Below are positions 38,753 to 52,253 of a stretch of DNA of 64,000 nt, piece after piece; within the stretch, counting starts at the first letter, position 1, and the number at the start of each line of letters is the position of its first letter. The notes below the pieces were generated by a model that saw nothing but the letters and a program-made list of their open reading frames with translations, was not told the DNA's origin and ran no database searches. Both the position numbers and the translations under genes were made by a program. The DNA comes from Octopus bimaculoides (taxonomy: Eukaryota): contig NC_068985.1 in the NCBI RefSeq assembly GCF_001194135.2, positions 19,233,215-19,297,214 of the forward strand, given 5' to 3'.

Positions 38753-39230
38753 ATGTTTGACTTTTGTTTTGCATTTGTACAAGTTGGATCCAAGTCTCAC
38801 CCAGAGACTTCAAGAGACAACAAGTTAGAAGTTCATGTAGGTGTTATGCCTAGGGTACCATATATTTGGATTTGTACAGTTTTGTTCAAGTGAATGTTTA
38901 AGAAACCATAAGAAAATTATGTGTTTGCTTTAAAATTTGAGATCACATAGACAGTATTTTACGTAGGATATGGGCAGTTCCCATGGGCACTATCTTTTGA
39001 ACTTCAGCCATTTTGGGGTTTCCTGGAATCTGATCTAGGTAGTAATCAGCCCGTTTCGCTGTCATTCCCAGGGCACCTATGACAATAGGTATTGTTTTCG
39101 TCTTCAGATTCCACATTTTGCTAATTTCTATTTCAAGATCTTTATATTTGCTCAGTTTTTGGTAGGTCTTGACAGATACGTTTATATCGATTGGGACAGT
39201 CATATCAATGAGGAGGCATGATTTTTGTCT
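38753..39230 (-). pseudogene. Second Dong/R4 3' fragment (REL endonuclease and 3' UTR)
   Basis: CLLIDMTVPIDINVSVKTYQKLSKYKDLEIEISKMWNLKTKTIPIVIGALG..TAHILRKILSM*. Confidence 0.88.
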
Positions 39231-39265
<35 letters not shown>

Positions 39266-40439
39266 TGTATTATTATTATTATTATTAATCACACTTCTGC
39301 TGTCTTTCCTTTCCACACACTGTGTTTTGTAAGCAGATGTGATACAAACATTGGACTTGTGTATAGTGAAAGCACATTAACAGTACTTAATCTCTGCTAA
39401 TGCTGCAGATCCTCTACCTCTACCCTTCATTATCAGCTGTTACAGAAAAAAAAAACCTGAAACTTATTGCATTTTATAGTTATGCACAATAATATGAACT
39501 TGGGACGCGGATGAACGAATGGGTTATGTAGCGAGCAGATTATCTTTTCCGACACAAGTAAAAAGTTGCAGTTGATAGAAGACGGCGATGATAAATTAGA
39601 AGAGAATTAGAATAAACTTAACTAGTTTCTACATAATTTTGATGATATTTACTTAGTTATCTTATAATATGCATAATGAGCCCAAAAACATTGCACTTAA
39701 GTAAATCAAGGTGGTATTTCAAAGATTCTAAAGCTTAGCGATGTTAATTAGAGCCAGTTTGCCGGGATAGGAAATATGAGATCTTTCATTATTTTTTTCG
39801 CCACTTGACTTCCGCAGTCAGGTGAATTCAGCTCTGATAACAGGAATATACTTCCGTGTTGTTATCAAGTGTTATCGACAATATGGAAGCCGTCTAGAAT
39901 ATTTGTGTATGATATTGTAAAGCATGTTTATGGCATCTTGGAATATTAAATGAAGCATTTTTAGTTTGGGTTATTGTTGTATGAAAGGACAATACTTAGA
40001 GCTGTACTATGGTGGGCGAATAGACGACTTATAAGTCATGACCAAGGATAGGGCGAATGCATTCCTTTCGGACTCGACACAACCCCCTCCTCTTAACGAC
40101 TGTCTCTACAAACTCTTTAAAAAAAGCAACTTTATTATTTTATTTTATTTTAGTTCATCTTATTTTACCCTCTCTTACATCCATGTACTTTTTTTTTACA
40201 CTGTTACCCTTTTCTCGATTTTTTTTAATCGTTTTCTTTCCGTCGAACTGCTTAACTTTTTAATTGCTTTATTTTTTTTTATAATTGTATTAATTTCTGT
40301 TTTATCCCTTTAATTTTTATTATTTAATTTTTTAATTTTTTATCGTGCATCTGTTAATTTTTGTAATTTTTTTACATCTTGTATCCTTTCTCCCCACCCC
40401 TTTATTTATCGATCTTCTTTTATTATACTTTATTTTATT

Positions 40440-40915
40440 TCTGTATACACGCACACATACATACACACACGTACATATATGCACACACACACACGCAAAA
40501 ATACACGCACCTGCGAACACACATGAATGCACATGTACCTCCCCCACACACACCACACACATGCACGTACATACACACACTTACATGCACACACACACAC
40601 ACATACATACACGTACATACACACGTACACACGTGCATACACGCTCACACACACACACACACATACCTCCACATAACCCCACGCACACACTCGCATACAC
40701 ACACGCTCATACACAAACACATGCACACACACATACATACGCACACACGCACACATGGACGCACACGCACACACGCGTACACACACGCACACACATACAC
40801 ACACATGCACACACACACGCATGCGCACACACGCATGCTCACACACGCACAGGCATGCACACATACCTAACACACAACCCCACGCACACACATATACACA
40901 CACCTACATACACGC
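40440..40915. repeat. Cryptic (CA)/(CACG)-rich low-complexity tract
   Basis: Visible; source of the HT/CV pseudo-ORFs. Confidence 0.9.
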
Positions 40916-40999
40916 ACCTCTAACACTTTCCTGTTTTAGAAAGAACTTTTTCTTCACCCATTCCCTTCCGGTCATTTCAAAATGTAACCACATGTGAAT

Positions 41000-41170
41000 C
41001 GTTAGCGATTTTCTTCCTCCGTCTTCCTTTCTATTGGACTTTCCTCTGTTTCTGAAGAAGAGTGTTTGCTCGAAACGTTAGACCGTCTTTCTTTCCTTCC
41101 CTGAGCGTCTGCTAATACTTTGCATGTACCACGTCCTCTCGTTGTTGTTCTTTTTGTGTTTGTTCTGCTT
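41000..41170 (+). mobile_element. Penelope-type terminal repeat remnant with hammerhead-like motif
   Basis: ctgaagaagagtgtttgctcgaaacgtta at 41052-41080. Confidence 0.5.
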
Positions 41171-41185
41171 CTTTTGGAGGATTTA

Positions 41186-41218
<33 letters not shown>

Positions 41219-44200
41219 TACTTTACATTTAACACGCACACGCGTGCTTTCTTTCTCTCTCTCTCTCGAACACACACTACACATATACATGTACACAATT
41301 GTGAATTAATGTGCATCAGTGAGCACACTTGAACGTGTTACAGATGCACACTTTCTCTTTCACTCACTCACTCATATATATATATATATATGAAAATCCT
41401 GCACATACCCACACATACTCGCTCACACACATGCTCACATCATATACATACATATACACACATTTTTTACGTATCTCACATATATGAGCAGATGCACACC
41501 AGTACGTGTACGAATGCACGCCCTCTTTCTCCCCCCCCCCACATACGCACTCACATACTCACATCATACACATATATGCTTACGTATCATATTTATACAT
41601 CAGATGCACATACATAAGCAAATTCACGCTAACTTGGCACACCTGAACGTATAAAAGTGCCCCCATCTCTTCCCGCCTCTCTCTCTCATACGAACACATA
41701 CACAGACACACATACACGCACAGACACACACACAGGCACGCACAGACACACACACTGTTTCAAGTATGATTGAGTGCTTAAGAAGTTCATTGATTAAAAA
41801 GTTTTCGGTTCTATCCTGCTTTTCCGGAACGAAGTCTTGTGAGTGAAATTTGCTTGATTATGACTATATGGGGACCTATGGCAGGGAGGACTGTTCATGT
41901 TTGAATCCATCGCCCAGTTTAACCACCACTACCTGACCCTTGGGTGTATTTAGCGAGGTCCATTCTGTTGTAAGCATTCAGACAAGGTCTCTGGTTTGAG
42001 GAGACCTGTGGTTTCCACCCTTGCTCGCACCCATCACCGAAGCCTTCAACGGGGTTGTTGTTGGTGCCCTCCTTCTGATTAACCCATTCAAAATGTATTA
42101 GAACGTATATACAGACACATTAAAAACACACCAGCAGAAAATCCACGCACGCATACATGTCCATGCATACACACACGTGCACATACACACATATAAAGTT
42201 AGTCATTATATACAAATAGCGTATAACCTATCCACACATATATACACACTCACATAAAATGTATTTTAACATTTTCCCACCTTCCTTATAAGTGCACCGT
42301 TGTTGCTACTGTTGTTGCTGAGAAGATGGGGGTGGTCGTAGCAGTGGTAGTGATGGCTGTTGTCGTCATAGTAATGGGGTGTGGTGATGTCGGTGATGAC
42401 GGCGGTGGCGGTTGTTTATCGTACGGTTGAAAGAGAAAGATCTGAACATAGGAAATCTAATTCTGTCAGCGACTAATCTGAATATGTTGAATATGCACTG
42501 ATATAAACAGAATGAATCATTACTCATACAAAAACCACTTAACTCACATAGATTATAAGAGGTGAATATTCGGAAATGAAAAGCAACGAAGCGTTTTGTT
42601 TTATTGCAAGTGTTTCTTGTCTGTCATGTGTTAATCTGCTTAGTTTTAAAAATCAAGACAATATAAAGTTACACTCACAATCTGAAACATGTCTTGCTTG
42701 CCGTCCTTGCAAAATCTTGTTATATGTTTCCTTATCTTCCCCCCATTCATTTTAATTTGATTATACAAACATTATTCAAGCATATCAAAACGAAGCAACT
42801 CAGTTTTTTTAGGTATATATCTTGTCCTGTTTTCTTTGCTATGACCATTAAATAATGTCTACGACTCTGATATTGTCAGTATATTCTCTTAATTTGAAAT
42901 GAATGCAACACTGCGATAGCTTCATATTTAGGATACACGCACCACTTACCTTTTTCAGTCGGCTTCCCTTTGTCTTCTACAATCTCTTCCTTGAAGAAAG
43001 CATATCAATGAACATTTTGCAGTATGAGCCAATGAAACAAGAATTTTTAAATAGTTTAAACCAATATTTCTCAAATAGCAAAATTTCCATCACCTCCCTC
43101 TTTATTAATGAGAAGGCCAAAAAATTTGCACCCACATAATTCATCTTTCTTAACTATAATGTCGGACAGGTTTAAAAAGCTTGAATCTGTCTTAATTTTA
43201 TCAAACATGACAATTTTCCGTCACCTTCTCAATCTTCACAGCCACCATACAAAGAGTCTGCCTCATTCTTTTATTAGAAACACCGGATTAGGCTGCGAAG
43301 GAACAACACACATGACGCTTTTCAGAGCACCCGAGACTGATAGGTACAAAAAAATATTTTGGTCTGAACCCTGATCAAAAGTAGATACTCTTACGAGAGC
43401 CCAAAGCAGTGACGTAGCGTGGGTTGCCAAGCAAAGAGGGCTCAATCTCTTTTATTCTTTTATTATTGATGCGTTATTCTTTTTTCGTTTGAAAGTTTAC
43501 AGGCGTAAGAATTTTGCGCCCGGATAACTGCCTCTGTGGCTCCTCCCTCTCCCCACAAAAGAACAATCCCTCTGGTGGTCTCCTGCACAGTTTCCGTCAT
43601 CCGAATTTCATTGACGATGTTTTGGTCGACCCAAGATTGTGGTAGAAGATTCATGCCGATGATGCAGTGTAGAGAATAGAACTCGAAATCATCGATACTG
43701 TCGCAAGTGAGCTTCTTAGCCATACTGCCAACTCTACTTGTTTGATCAGCCAGAAATAACAATCAAATCTATCTCAAACGAAACAGGACAGTCTTAAGAG
43801 TGGAAGAACACCTTGAATTGTGTAGTCCTTAAGACTGAAGAAAAGACAGAGTAGTCATGGCCGTAACACTTTTGATCGTACATGCTCGACAACTGTGTTA
43901 AGGTAACTGCCATGTCGAAGGATACACCATTAAGTGCAACAAATCTCCAAACTTCGAGCCCTCTAAAAATGCCGTATTTTCAACAGTGAATTCCATGTAG
44001 CGCTGCGATCCCCCAACTGTGTGTGCGCGTGTGTGAAAGGAGTAGATTATTTGGGGGACATAGCTGAAACATAACATGGTAAAATAAGAGCTGGCATACA
44101 TAATGTAGTGAGCTAAGAATGTAGTGAATCTGATCTTTGTACAAAGGCTATTTGATTTTCTGACGTTTTTGTACAAAACCTTTCTTTTTGCGACGTTAAT

Positions 44201-44402
44201 TATTATTGACTTTACCAAGTCCATTAGAAAGTTCCAGTCTTGTAATGTTATTGTTACTACATCGAAACATTTTATGCCCCATGCCTTCCTTGTCTTTGAC
44301 TAAGATTTATAATTTCATTTTGCTTTTTATCAAAAAAAAGTCTTGAGGAATTTCCCTTGGATAGTATGTTTGTCCAACGTAGCATTGAGATTGACAATGT
44401 TC

Positions 44403-44609
44403 TTTTCTACTCTAGGCACAAGGCCCGAAATTTTGGGGGAGGTGGCCAGTCGATTAGATCGACTCCAGTGCGCAACTGGTATTTAAGTTATCGATCCCGA
44501 AAGGATGAAAGTCGACCTCGGCGGAATTTGAACGCAGAACGTAAATACAGACGAAATACCGCTAAGCATTTTGTCCGGCGTGCTAACGTCTCTGCCAGCT
44601 CGCCGCCTT
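44403..44609 (-). mobile_element. SINE family A, well conserved
   Basis: cccgaaaggatgaaagtcgacctcggcggaatttgaac..gccagctcgccgcc. Confidence 0.92.
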
Positions 44610-45429
44610 TGAGATTGACAATGTTGGCTAACAAAACAACTGTACGCTATCACTCACAGCAATGAGCAAACTCTTTTCATGATATCGATTTACAATTAGG
44701 TAAACTGAGACTGAGAGAAGGAAGTATCATTGCTAGTGACAAAACATAACACTAGTCTCAAGATAAAAAAATGTTAGCTGGTTATATTGTTTATGATTAG
44801 ACGACAGAGTTCTACAATCGTTAACTAGTCGAGTAAGTGTTAACATATTTAGTGCACGGAATATTTAAAAAGCTAGAAAGAAGTAATTATGTAGTAAGAA
44901 AGATAGAAACGATATTAATCAACGACTAATACTAATGTAATTATTTCGGTAAATTCCAGACATATTTCGGTATTATTTTGACTGCATCAATAAAGCACTG
45001 CCTTTATGCTTTACTGAACAGGTCAAAATAGTGATGGACGAATGTAGTGAGAGAAGAATTACGAGAGGAATGTACAGATTTGTATACTAATTGGCGTAAA
45101 AAAAGAGAGAGGATTGTTTAGAAAATGCTTCCGAACTGTTTATCATTGACTGCAGCTATCAATAGTTATCTCAACAACTTCGTAGATAAGAAAGAAAGGC
45201 CAGTAGTGTTAAGTTACAACAACAGACAGATGCCAGAATTCCCCATTGCATTTCACTTAGCTAAAATCAAAATAACATATCTTAAAGTCATACCGCGCTT
45301 TTCTAAATGAAACTTTAAATACTGATAAATATTTACTATGAAACTCTTGTCATAAATAACTGGTTAAATGTAAACCTAAACAATCTAAGTGTATACTCGG
45401 TGCTGGTATGATTTTATGATTGAGAAATT

Positions 45430-46025
45430 CTGTTCGTAATCACATGGTTCCGAGTTCGATTCCACTGCGCGTCTCTTTAGCAAAGTGTCTTCTAGATATT
45501 GGCGCGACTCCTTGGCAAAGTGTCTTCAAGATACTGATCTATCCGAATCTATAGCCTCGGATTAATCAATATTTTGTGAGTGAAAGCTGGTAAATGGAAA
45601 CTGCAAAGAATCCAGCAGTATATATGCTTATATGTGTGCTTATATCCAAGTCTGTACTTAAATTTACACCAGCAGCATAACTGGAGGGGGAAACGAGGGA
45701 CGGTCGGCCCCGAACGACGCTTTTATGGGGTCGCCTTGGTGCCTGCGGTATAAGCCTGTATAGGTTTGTGGGAGCTTAGGTGGAGTTAAGCAAACTCGAA
45801 GGCTGTCTCGGGCAGCACACATTCTTGCTAACTTATGCTTTATACTGTTCTAAAGTCAGAGGATTCTGTTTGTGCTGTATGCCGCTTTATGTACAGTAAC
45901 TTAGCAGTTCGACAAATAGTGTTCGATAAAATAAGTACCAGACTGGCATAGGTAATGGGGTCAGTATGATCAACTGAAATAAGTGAAGTCAGTATGATCC
46001 ATGATGGCATGGTTACACTCCAATG
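45430..46025 (+). mobile_element. SINE family B, long form, degenerate, with a short internal duplication
   Basis: cacatggttccgagttcgattccactgcg..gcaaagtgtcttc twice..taacttagcagttcg..aataagtaccag..caatgactga. Confidence 0.6.
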
Positions 46026-46031
46026 ACTGAG

Positions 46032-46165
46032 AGTACCAGTTAAGCACTGGGGTCAATGTAATCGACTAGCCCCCGCGCCCAAATTTCAGCCCTTGTGCTT
46101 ATAGTAGAAAGGATCATTTCTAATAAAATGGCGGCGAGCTGGCAGAGTCGTTACCGTGCCGGAAA
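46032..46165 (+). mobile_element. SINE family A 3' half followed by a separate family A head
   Basis: agtaccagttaagcactggggtcaatgtaatcgac..gtagaaagg; ggcggcgagctggcagagtcgtta. Confidence 0.75.
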
Positions 46166-46259
46166 AGTGCAAAAATTTGAAGCCATTATTATTACTAATA
46201 AAATACTTCACGTCTTCCGACATTTCCCCAGTTGTGACTTTCCTGTCATTTTTCAAGTT

Positions 46260-46385
46260 TAGTGTATCTTGGATTACATTATCAAAATGTCCTTCCTTTC
46301 TTAAGACAGTGGGGAGCGATTTTAAAAGAGATTTGACTATTATTTCTAGCAGGTCGAGCGACCGCGTGGAGGCTCCTTGGTTAGC
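46260..46385 (-). mobile_element. SINE-like repeat, family D
   Basis: gagatttgactattatttctagcaggtcgagcgacc. Confidence 0.6.
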
Positions 46386-46567
46386 CTTCAAAATACAGGT
46401 TGATTACAGCAGTTAGACTATGTCACTGGGAGTTAAATTCCTCGAACACAGCACAAAACTAGTGTCAATAACAACATTTATCTCCTGGGCAGGACAAACT
46501 GTGTGTTTGCGTAAATATATAATTAAATAAACAAATAAATAAACACGTACATTGAGAGAGAGAGAGA

Positions 46568-46630
<63 letters not shown>

Positions 46631-47039
46631 TGAGAAACCACTAGACTAATCAGTATCAAGTGTTTTATCTTATGACACGAGCCACGAATGGGAGGTCAGG
46701 TTTCTTGTTTTCTCAACAATTATGTCATAACCATATAAGAATAATGCCTTTTATTTTTATAGGAACGAAGTTTTTGCATTTGATAGAAGATCAGATATTA
46801 TATCACGCTCATAACTTATTCAGAGCAATTAAAACGGGAAAGTGTATTCGGTAATGTTAAGTACATTATATAATGATGGATCGCAGGTGGAAGAAGGTTG
46901 AAAGAGAAAATTGCACCGAATTTCGATGAAGATAGTGCACAGAAGTAAACACTGTTACTGACACGATATAAAAAACAGGAAGAAGGTTGATTGTTGGCCA
47001 GTGGTTGTATGATGTTGATGCTTTCATTTTTGGCAGCCT

Positions 47040-47160
47040 ATACCAGCGAACCGATCTTCACGAAACTTTGCATACATGTTAAACTGACATCCAATTCAAT
47101 TATAGGATAATTAAATTTCAATAAAATTCGATAATGAGCCCCCTACGGGGGTTGGGATAT
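47040..47160. mobile_element. Possible Helitron/Helentron-associated (DINE-like) fragment
   Basis: accgatcttcacgaaactttg motif and a short GC hairpin ccccctacggggg; weak. Confidence 0.25.
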
Positions 47161-47293
47161 TATATGATAAAATGCGAAGGGTTCTAAGAGTATTAGGTTG
47201 AGAGAAATGTGGTGGCATAATGAGGGTGGCTGATATCACAGAAGGGGAGGAGACAGGAAGAGATAGAGAGACGGGGAATGTGAGAGACCGAGA

Positions 47294-47348
<55 letters not shown>

Positions 47349-48344
47349 NNNNNNNNNNNNNNNNNNNNNNNNNNNNNNNNNNNNNNNNNNNNNNNNNNNN
47401 NNNNNNNNNNNNNNNNNNNNNNNNNNNNNNNNNNNNNNNNNNNNNNNNNNNNNNNNNNNNNNNNNNNNNNNNNNNNNNNNNNNNNNNNNNNNNNNNNNNN
47501 NNNNNNNNNNNNNNNNNNNNNNNNNNNNNNNNNNNNNNNNNNNNNNNNNNNNNNNNNNNNNNNNNNNNNNNNNNNNNNNNNNNNNNNNNNNNNNNNNNNN
47601 NNNNNNNNNNNNNNNNNNNNNNNNNNNNNNNNNNNNNNNNNNNNNNNNNNNNNNNNNNNNNNNNNNNNNNNNNNNNNNNNNNNNNNNNNNNNNNNNNNNN
47701 NNNNNNNNNNNNNNNNNNNNNNNNNNNNNNNNNNNNNNNNNNNNNNNNNNNNNNNNNNNNNNNNNNNNNNNNNNNNNNNNNNNNNNNNNNNNNNNNNNNN
47801 NNNNNNNNNNNNNNNNNNNNNNNNNNNNNNNNNNNNNNNNNNNNNNNNNNNNNNNNNNNNNNNNNNNNNNNNNNNNNNNNNNNNNNNNNNNNNNNNNNNN
47901 NNNNNNNNNNNNNNNNNNNNNNNNNNNNNNNNNNNNNNNNNNNNNNNNNNNNNNNNNNNNNNNNNNNNNNNNNNNNNNNNNNNNNNNNNNNNNNNNNNNN
48001 NNNNNNNNNNNNNNNNNNNNNNNNNNNNNNNNNNNNNNNNNNNNNNNNNNNNNNNNNNNNNNNNNNNNNNNNNNNNNNNNNNNNNNNNNNNNNNNNNNNN
48101 NNNNNNNNNNNNNNNNNNNNNNNNNNNNNNNNNNNNNNNNNNNNNNNNNNNNNNNNNNNNNNNNNNNNNNNNNNNNNNNNNNNNNNNNNNNNNNNNNNNN
48201 NNNNNNNNNNNNNNNNNNNNNNNNNNNNNNNNNNNNNNNNNNNNNNNNNNNNNNNNNNNNNNNNNNNNNNNNNNNNNNNNNNNNNNNNNNNNNNNNNNNN
48301 NNNNNNNNNNNNNNNNNNNNNNNNNNNNNNNNNNNNNNNNAAAT

Positions 48345-48458
48345 ATTCTGCTCAAGAATATAACGCACCACCTGGTCTAGGAATTGAAACCACGATCTCT
48401 GACCACGATCACTCACGATTGTGAGTGTAACACCTTAACCACTAGGCCATGCGCCCGC
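48345..48458 (-). mobile_element. tRNA-like SINE head (family C)
   Basis: Reverse of gggcgcatggcctagtggttaag..ggtttcaattcc..ttcttgagcag. Confidence 0.65.
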
Positions 48459-50719
48459 ACACACATATGTTAGTATATTCAGAATATGTGTGTAATAAAA
48501 CTTTTTTTTTTTACAATATGCCTTCAATATGCCTGCAAGAAGTTAAGACAAAGGCTCCACTGCATTGACAGCAACTATCTTAACCAGACAGGCGTTGCCT
48601 TCTCGTATAATTTGTTTTCAGATCAAATCCCGCTCGTGTTGATGTAACTGAAATCAAATATTGAACGATTCAATCGACATTATCCTACCCAGGACCTATT
48701 GAAAAAATTACTCAGCCCTTTATCTATGTTAGGAACCATTAGTCTGTTTAAAATCTACAGAAACAAATAATAATAGTTAAGTTACTTTGCATTTAGAATA
48801 CAAGTTCCCCTCAGTTGAACTTAGACTATTATTCTTCTGAGCTTCCATAAAATGAATACTAGTTAAGTACTGCGGGTGGGGGTCGAATTAACTCATTATA
48901 ACCCTCTCAAAAACCTATGATCTTCTGCCAGTGTTAGAAATACATATTTCCAGTTATAATGATCGCAGGATGTGCACACCTGTAAATTTGTGAGCGAAGG
49001 TGTTTTAACTGAAGCATGCAGTTGCGCTGTGACACTGGATTTTTAACTGATGAGCGTAACTCTTTGAAGATGTTTTCTTTTAAGATCAAAAGTAGTCGCA
49101 TGTTTATTCCAACATAGCATATTAATTTATACATTGTTTCTTTTTAATACATTGCATATAATCTGGCGGAAATTATTATTTCTGCTTGCTAAATGCATAT
49201 AAATACTTTCAGTTGTCCACCTTTTATCGACAAGCAGCGATATCATTTGACATACACTTAATAGCATATGTCTTGCTGCTAATACTTGCTTACTTTAAAT
49301 TTGATGCTTGTTTTGTTGTTTACGCTAACAGCTGGTTGTATGAGGTATTCTATGTCCCGACTGGCAAGAGAGTCTGACATTATACTGTTCAGAGTCAACT
49401 GACAAAACAACGAAGTCGTTTGTTTGTTTTGTTGTAAGCTGCCAGTTCTAGTTACAACTTTGCTTTTTAACTTCTGCTCTCTGTCAATATGGCATCGTAA
49501 GCGTGTTCTCAAGATGTGCTTCATGTTGCAGACAGATAAATAATTATAAATAGATGCTGCAAATTTCGTGCTCATTCTCCGTATACCACATTTTATCATG
49601 AACGTAATTCGTGCGAAGGTGTTTCAATATCTGCTTTCTATTTATTATGCATGACCTTACAGCGTCATTTAATATATTTTTTTTAATGAATTGCAGAATA
49701 AAGATGGTTTGATTATTTTATAATCAGAAAACTAGTAAATATATTTACTACTCACCGATAAGTTGATTTGATTGCGACAAATTCAAGCTTCAATTTTGAC
49801 GTCATGAAATTTTACACAAAATATGGTGAAATATTGCCAAAAACAGGAATGAACGCAACGTGTGTGTGTGTGTGTGTGTAGTTGAGTCTGCAATAAACGC
49901 GTATGTACAAAGTATACATACAAGTGGGATTCACGATCCTGTTAACGCATGTTTTCAATGAAAACAAGCAAGAAAGTAAATGTAATACTGTTTTCTTTGT
50001 AGAAAGTTCTGTACTGTTCTGTTAATGCAATGGATGTCAAAGGATGTAAAACTGTGAGAGATACTTGACTACAAAGACTACGAACTGTAAGTTGGTGCAC
50101 CTTTTGACTGTAAAAGCTGCTGGCTGCAAAGGGCTTTCTTGCTGTTGTTCCGCTGCAGAACTGTGCGAGTTGTTTGACTACTGGAAAATAGTCTCTGGTA
50201 CTATTGTTGTTGTACCAGCTATTGTCGCCTTCTATAATTAGACGTGCCAGTTAACATAACATCACGCTAATCGCTGATTGACTGAGGAGAGTTAACTCAA
50301 ATTAATGGGACACGAGTTCATTCCTCTGGCACACCACTAATATAATCTTTATTCTTGTTTCAGGAGAGATTCTCGACAAATTCTTTTAAATTTGAAATAC
50401 ATTTTGACTGTTAATAACTATAACTGTTAATAATTATAACGGGAGCTTCGTAACAGAATATATAATCATGTTTATAATGTATTAAGTTACATGACGATAA
50501 TTGATTAAAAAAATAATAAATTACATATCAGCATTTCTTTAGCATGTCTTTAGACGAAATGAATGGCCATTCATTAGAAAACCTCGGTTGATTTGCCAAG
50601 GAAGCGAATCATCAACACATTAATTAGTTAATTTTAAGTAACTGGACAACATGCAGGATCTTAAGGGCTCTTAAAAGATATCTCTGACCTACCTGTGAGA
50701 TTGCATTACGCGACAAGTA

Positions 50720-51290
50720 CTGATGGATATTTTGTCTGTCTGTCCGTCTCTCTCACCTACACTATCAATTCTGGTGTGTCTCAAGATTCACTTTTGTCTC
50801 CTATACACACTATACACACTCTTCCTATATAAGCTACTTGCCGTCATCTCCAACCACGCCCACTCCCATGCAGATAATACCACCCTTCACTCTTAACTAA
50901 CCTTCAATACTCAAGCGTTATCAACATACAAACTAGATATTCCCGCTAAACTTGAACTGCGTTCATGAAAAGAGATCTCGAAAAACCTCCGTTTGGATCA
51001 AATTCAATCTTTCCTCCTTCAAAAGTAGGAATACACACTCACTGCACAGATCATTAAAAAAGGTGGGGTTGAATTCATCCTAAACAGGAACAATATTCAA
51101 TTAGAACTCTTAAAATGGCCTTCACTATAACGGATAGTCTTTTCTTGTGATTTCCTTAAAATTAATGATTACTAGTTAACTCGAAATCTAAGAAAGACTT
51201 AACAATTTAGCTGATTAACCCTCTTCTCAAAACTAACACTATACAAAGCTGAAGTAAGATCCACAACAAAACTGACGATGAGAAATCTGT
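50720..51290 (+). pseudogene. L2/CR1-type RT relic
   Basis: INSGVSQDSLLSP..VISNHAHSHADNTTLHS (decayed YADD)..LTLYKAEVRST. Confidence 0.6.
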
Positions 51291-51959
51291 GGCGAAGTAT
51301 GTGAAGAGAATATTCCAAAACAATTCATTTCCTGTTGATTGTATAAGCAGCTAATTACACATTACGGATCACTCAGTCTCCGACACTCTTCATTTTCATT
51401 CCATTAATTCAATCGTCTTCCATGACTACTCACATGTCTCAAGGGATTTTCTTTCTTTTCAATTACTGGATCTTCCAGCTATTCCAAATTTTATGCATTC
51501 CACATTTTCCACTCACTCCATGCCAACCTTGATATATTTCCTGCCATGTAACTATTTCTTCTGTATTTCCAATATCCTCTAGAATATAGTTACATTTAAA
51601 GAATACTAATTCAAAAACAAATTACTTTTGAACAACTCCCAAATACTATACCTAACTCTCTTTTCTTATAACCAGAACCTACTGTTAGCCTGATCCCACT
51701 AGCGTATTGTCCTCAAATCTAAAATAATGTATCTTGCTGACTCAAAATTCCGTTTTCGGGTTTCACTGATCGTCAAACTGTATCCTGGTTACATTTTGTT
51801 ACTTCCTCTCAATACTTTAAACTTACAAACATATTTTTGCCAATAGTATTCTATCTATATTCCATTATTGACTGTAGTATCGAAACACCTATATCGATAC
51901 ATTGAAACACCTACAACAGGACTGACTGAACCATTGGTGTGTCAGACAAATATATGTAG

Positions 51960-52070
51960 TATTTAGTCATGGTCCTTTAGGTTCTGATTTCAACACCCGC
52001 CGAGGTCAACTTCGCCTTTCGTCCTTCCTGGATTGATTAAAATTAAGTACAAGTCAAGTACTGAGATTGA
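51960..52070 (+). mobile_element. SINE family A (partial)
   Basis: gccgaggtcaacttcgcctttcgtccttcc..aaattaagtac. Confidence 0.75.
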
Positions 52071-52253
52071 ACGCTTCCTAGATGTGAATGGAATTATAAT
52101 ACAATGTATTTCGTTTGAAGAATGTTGGGTAAATAGGTTTATTTTCAACAGCACTCATCATGAATGCCATAGATGTGGATAACAAATGACTATCGACTAC
52201 AACCTTGCGGGGTCGACAAGATAAAGCCGTAGTCACGTTGGTGGCTGATTTAA

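Noticed and set aside
40332-40997. His/Thr-rich ORFs of up to 192 aa
   Set aside because: Translation of a degenerate (CA)n tract, open on both strands and in several frames.
43463-43762. 99-aa minus-strand ORF (MAKKLTCDSIDDFEFY...)
   Set aside because: No domain recognised, no good splice sites, and the surrounding sequence looks like an unclassified repeat.
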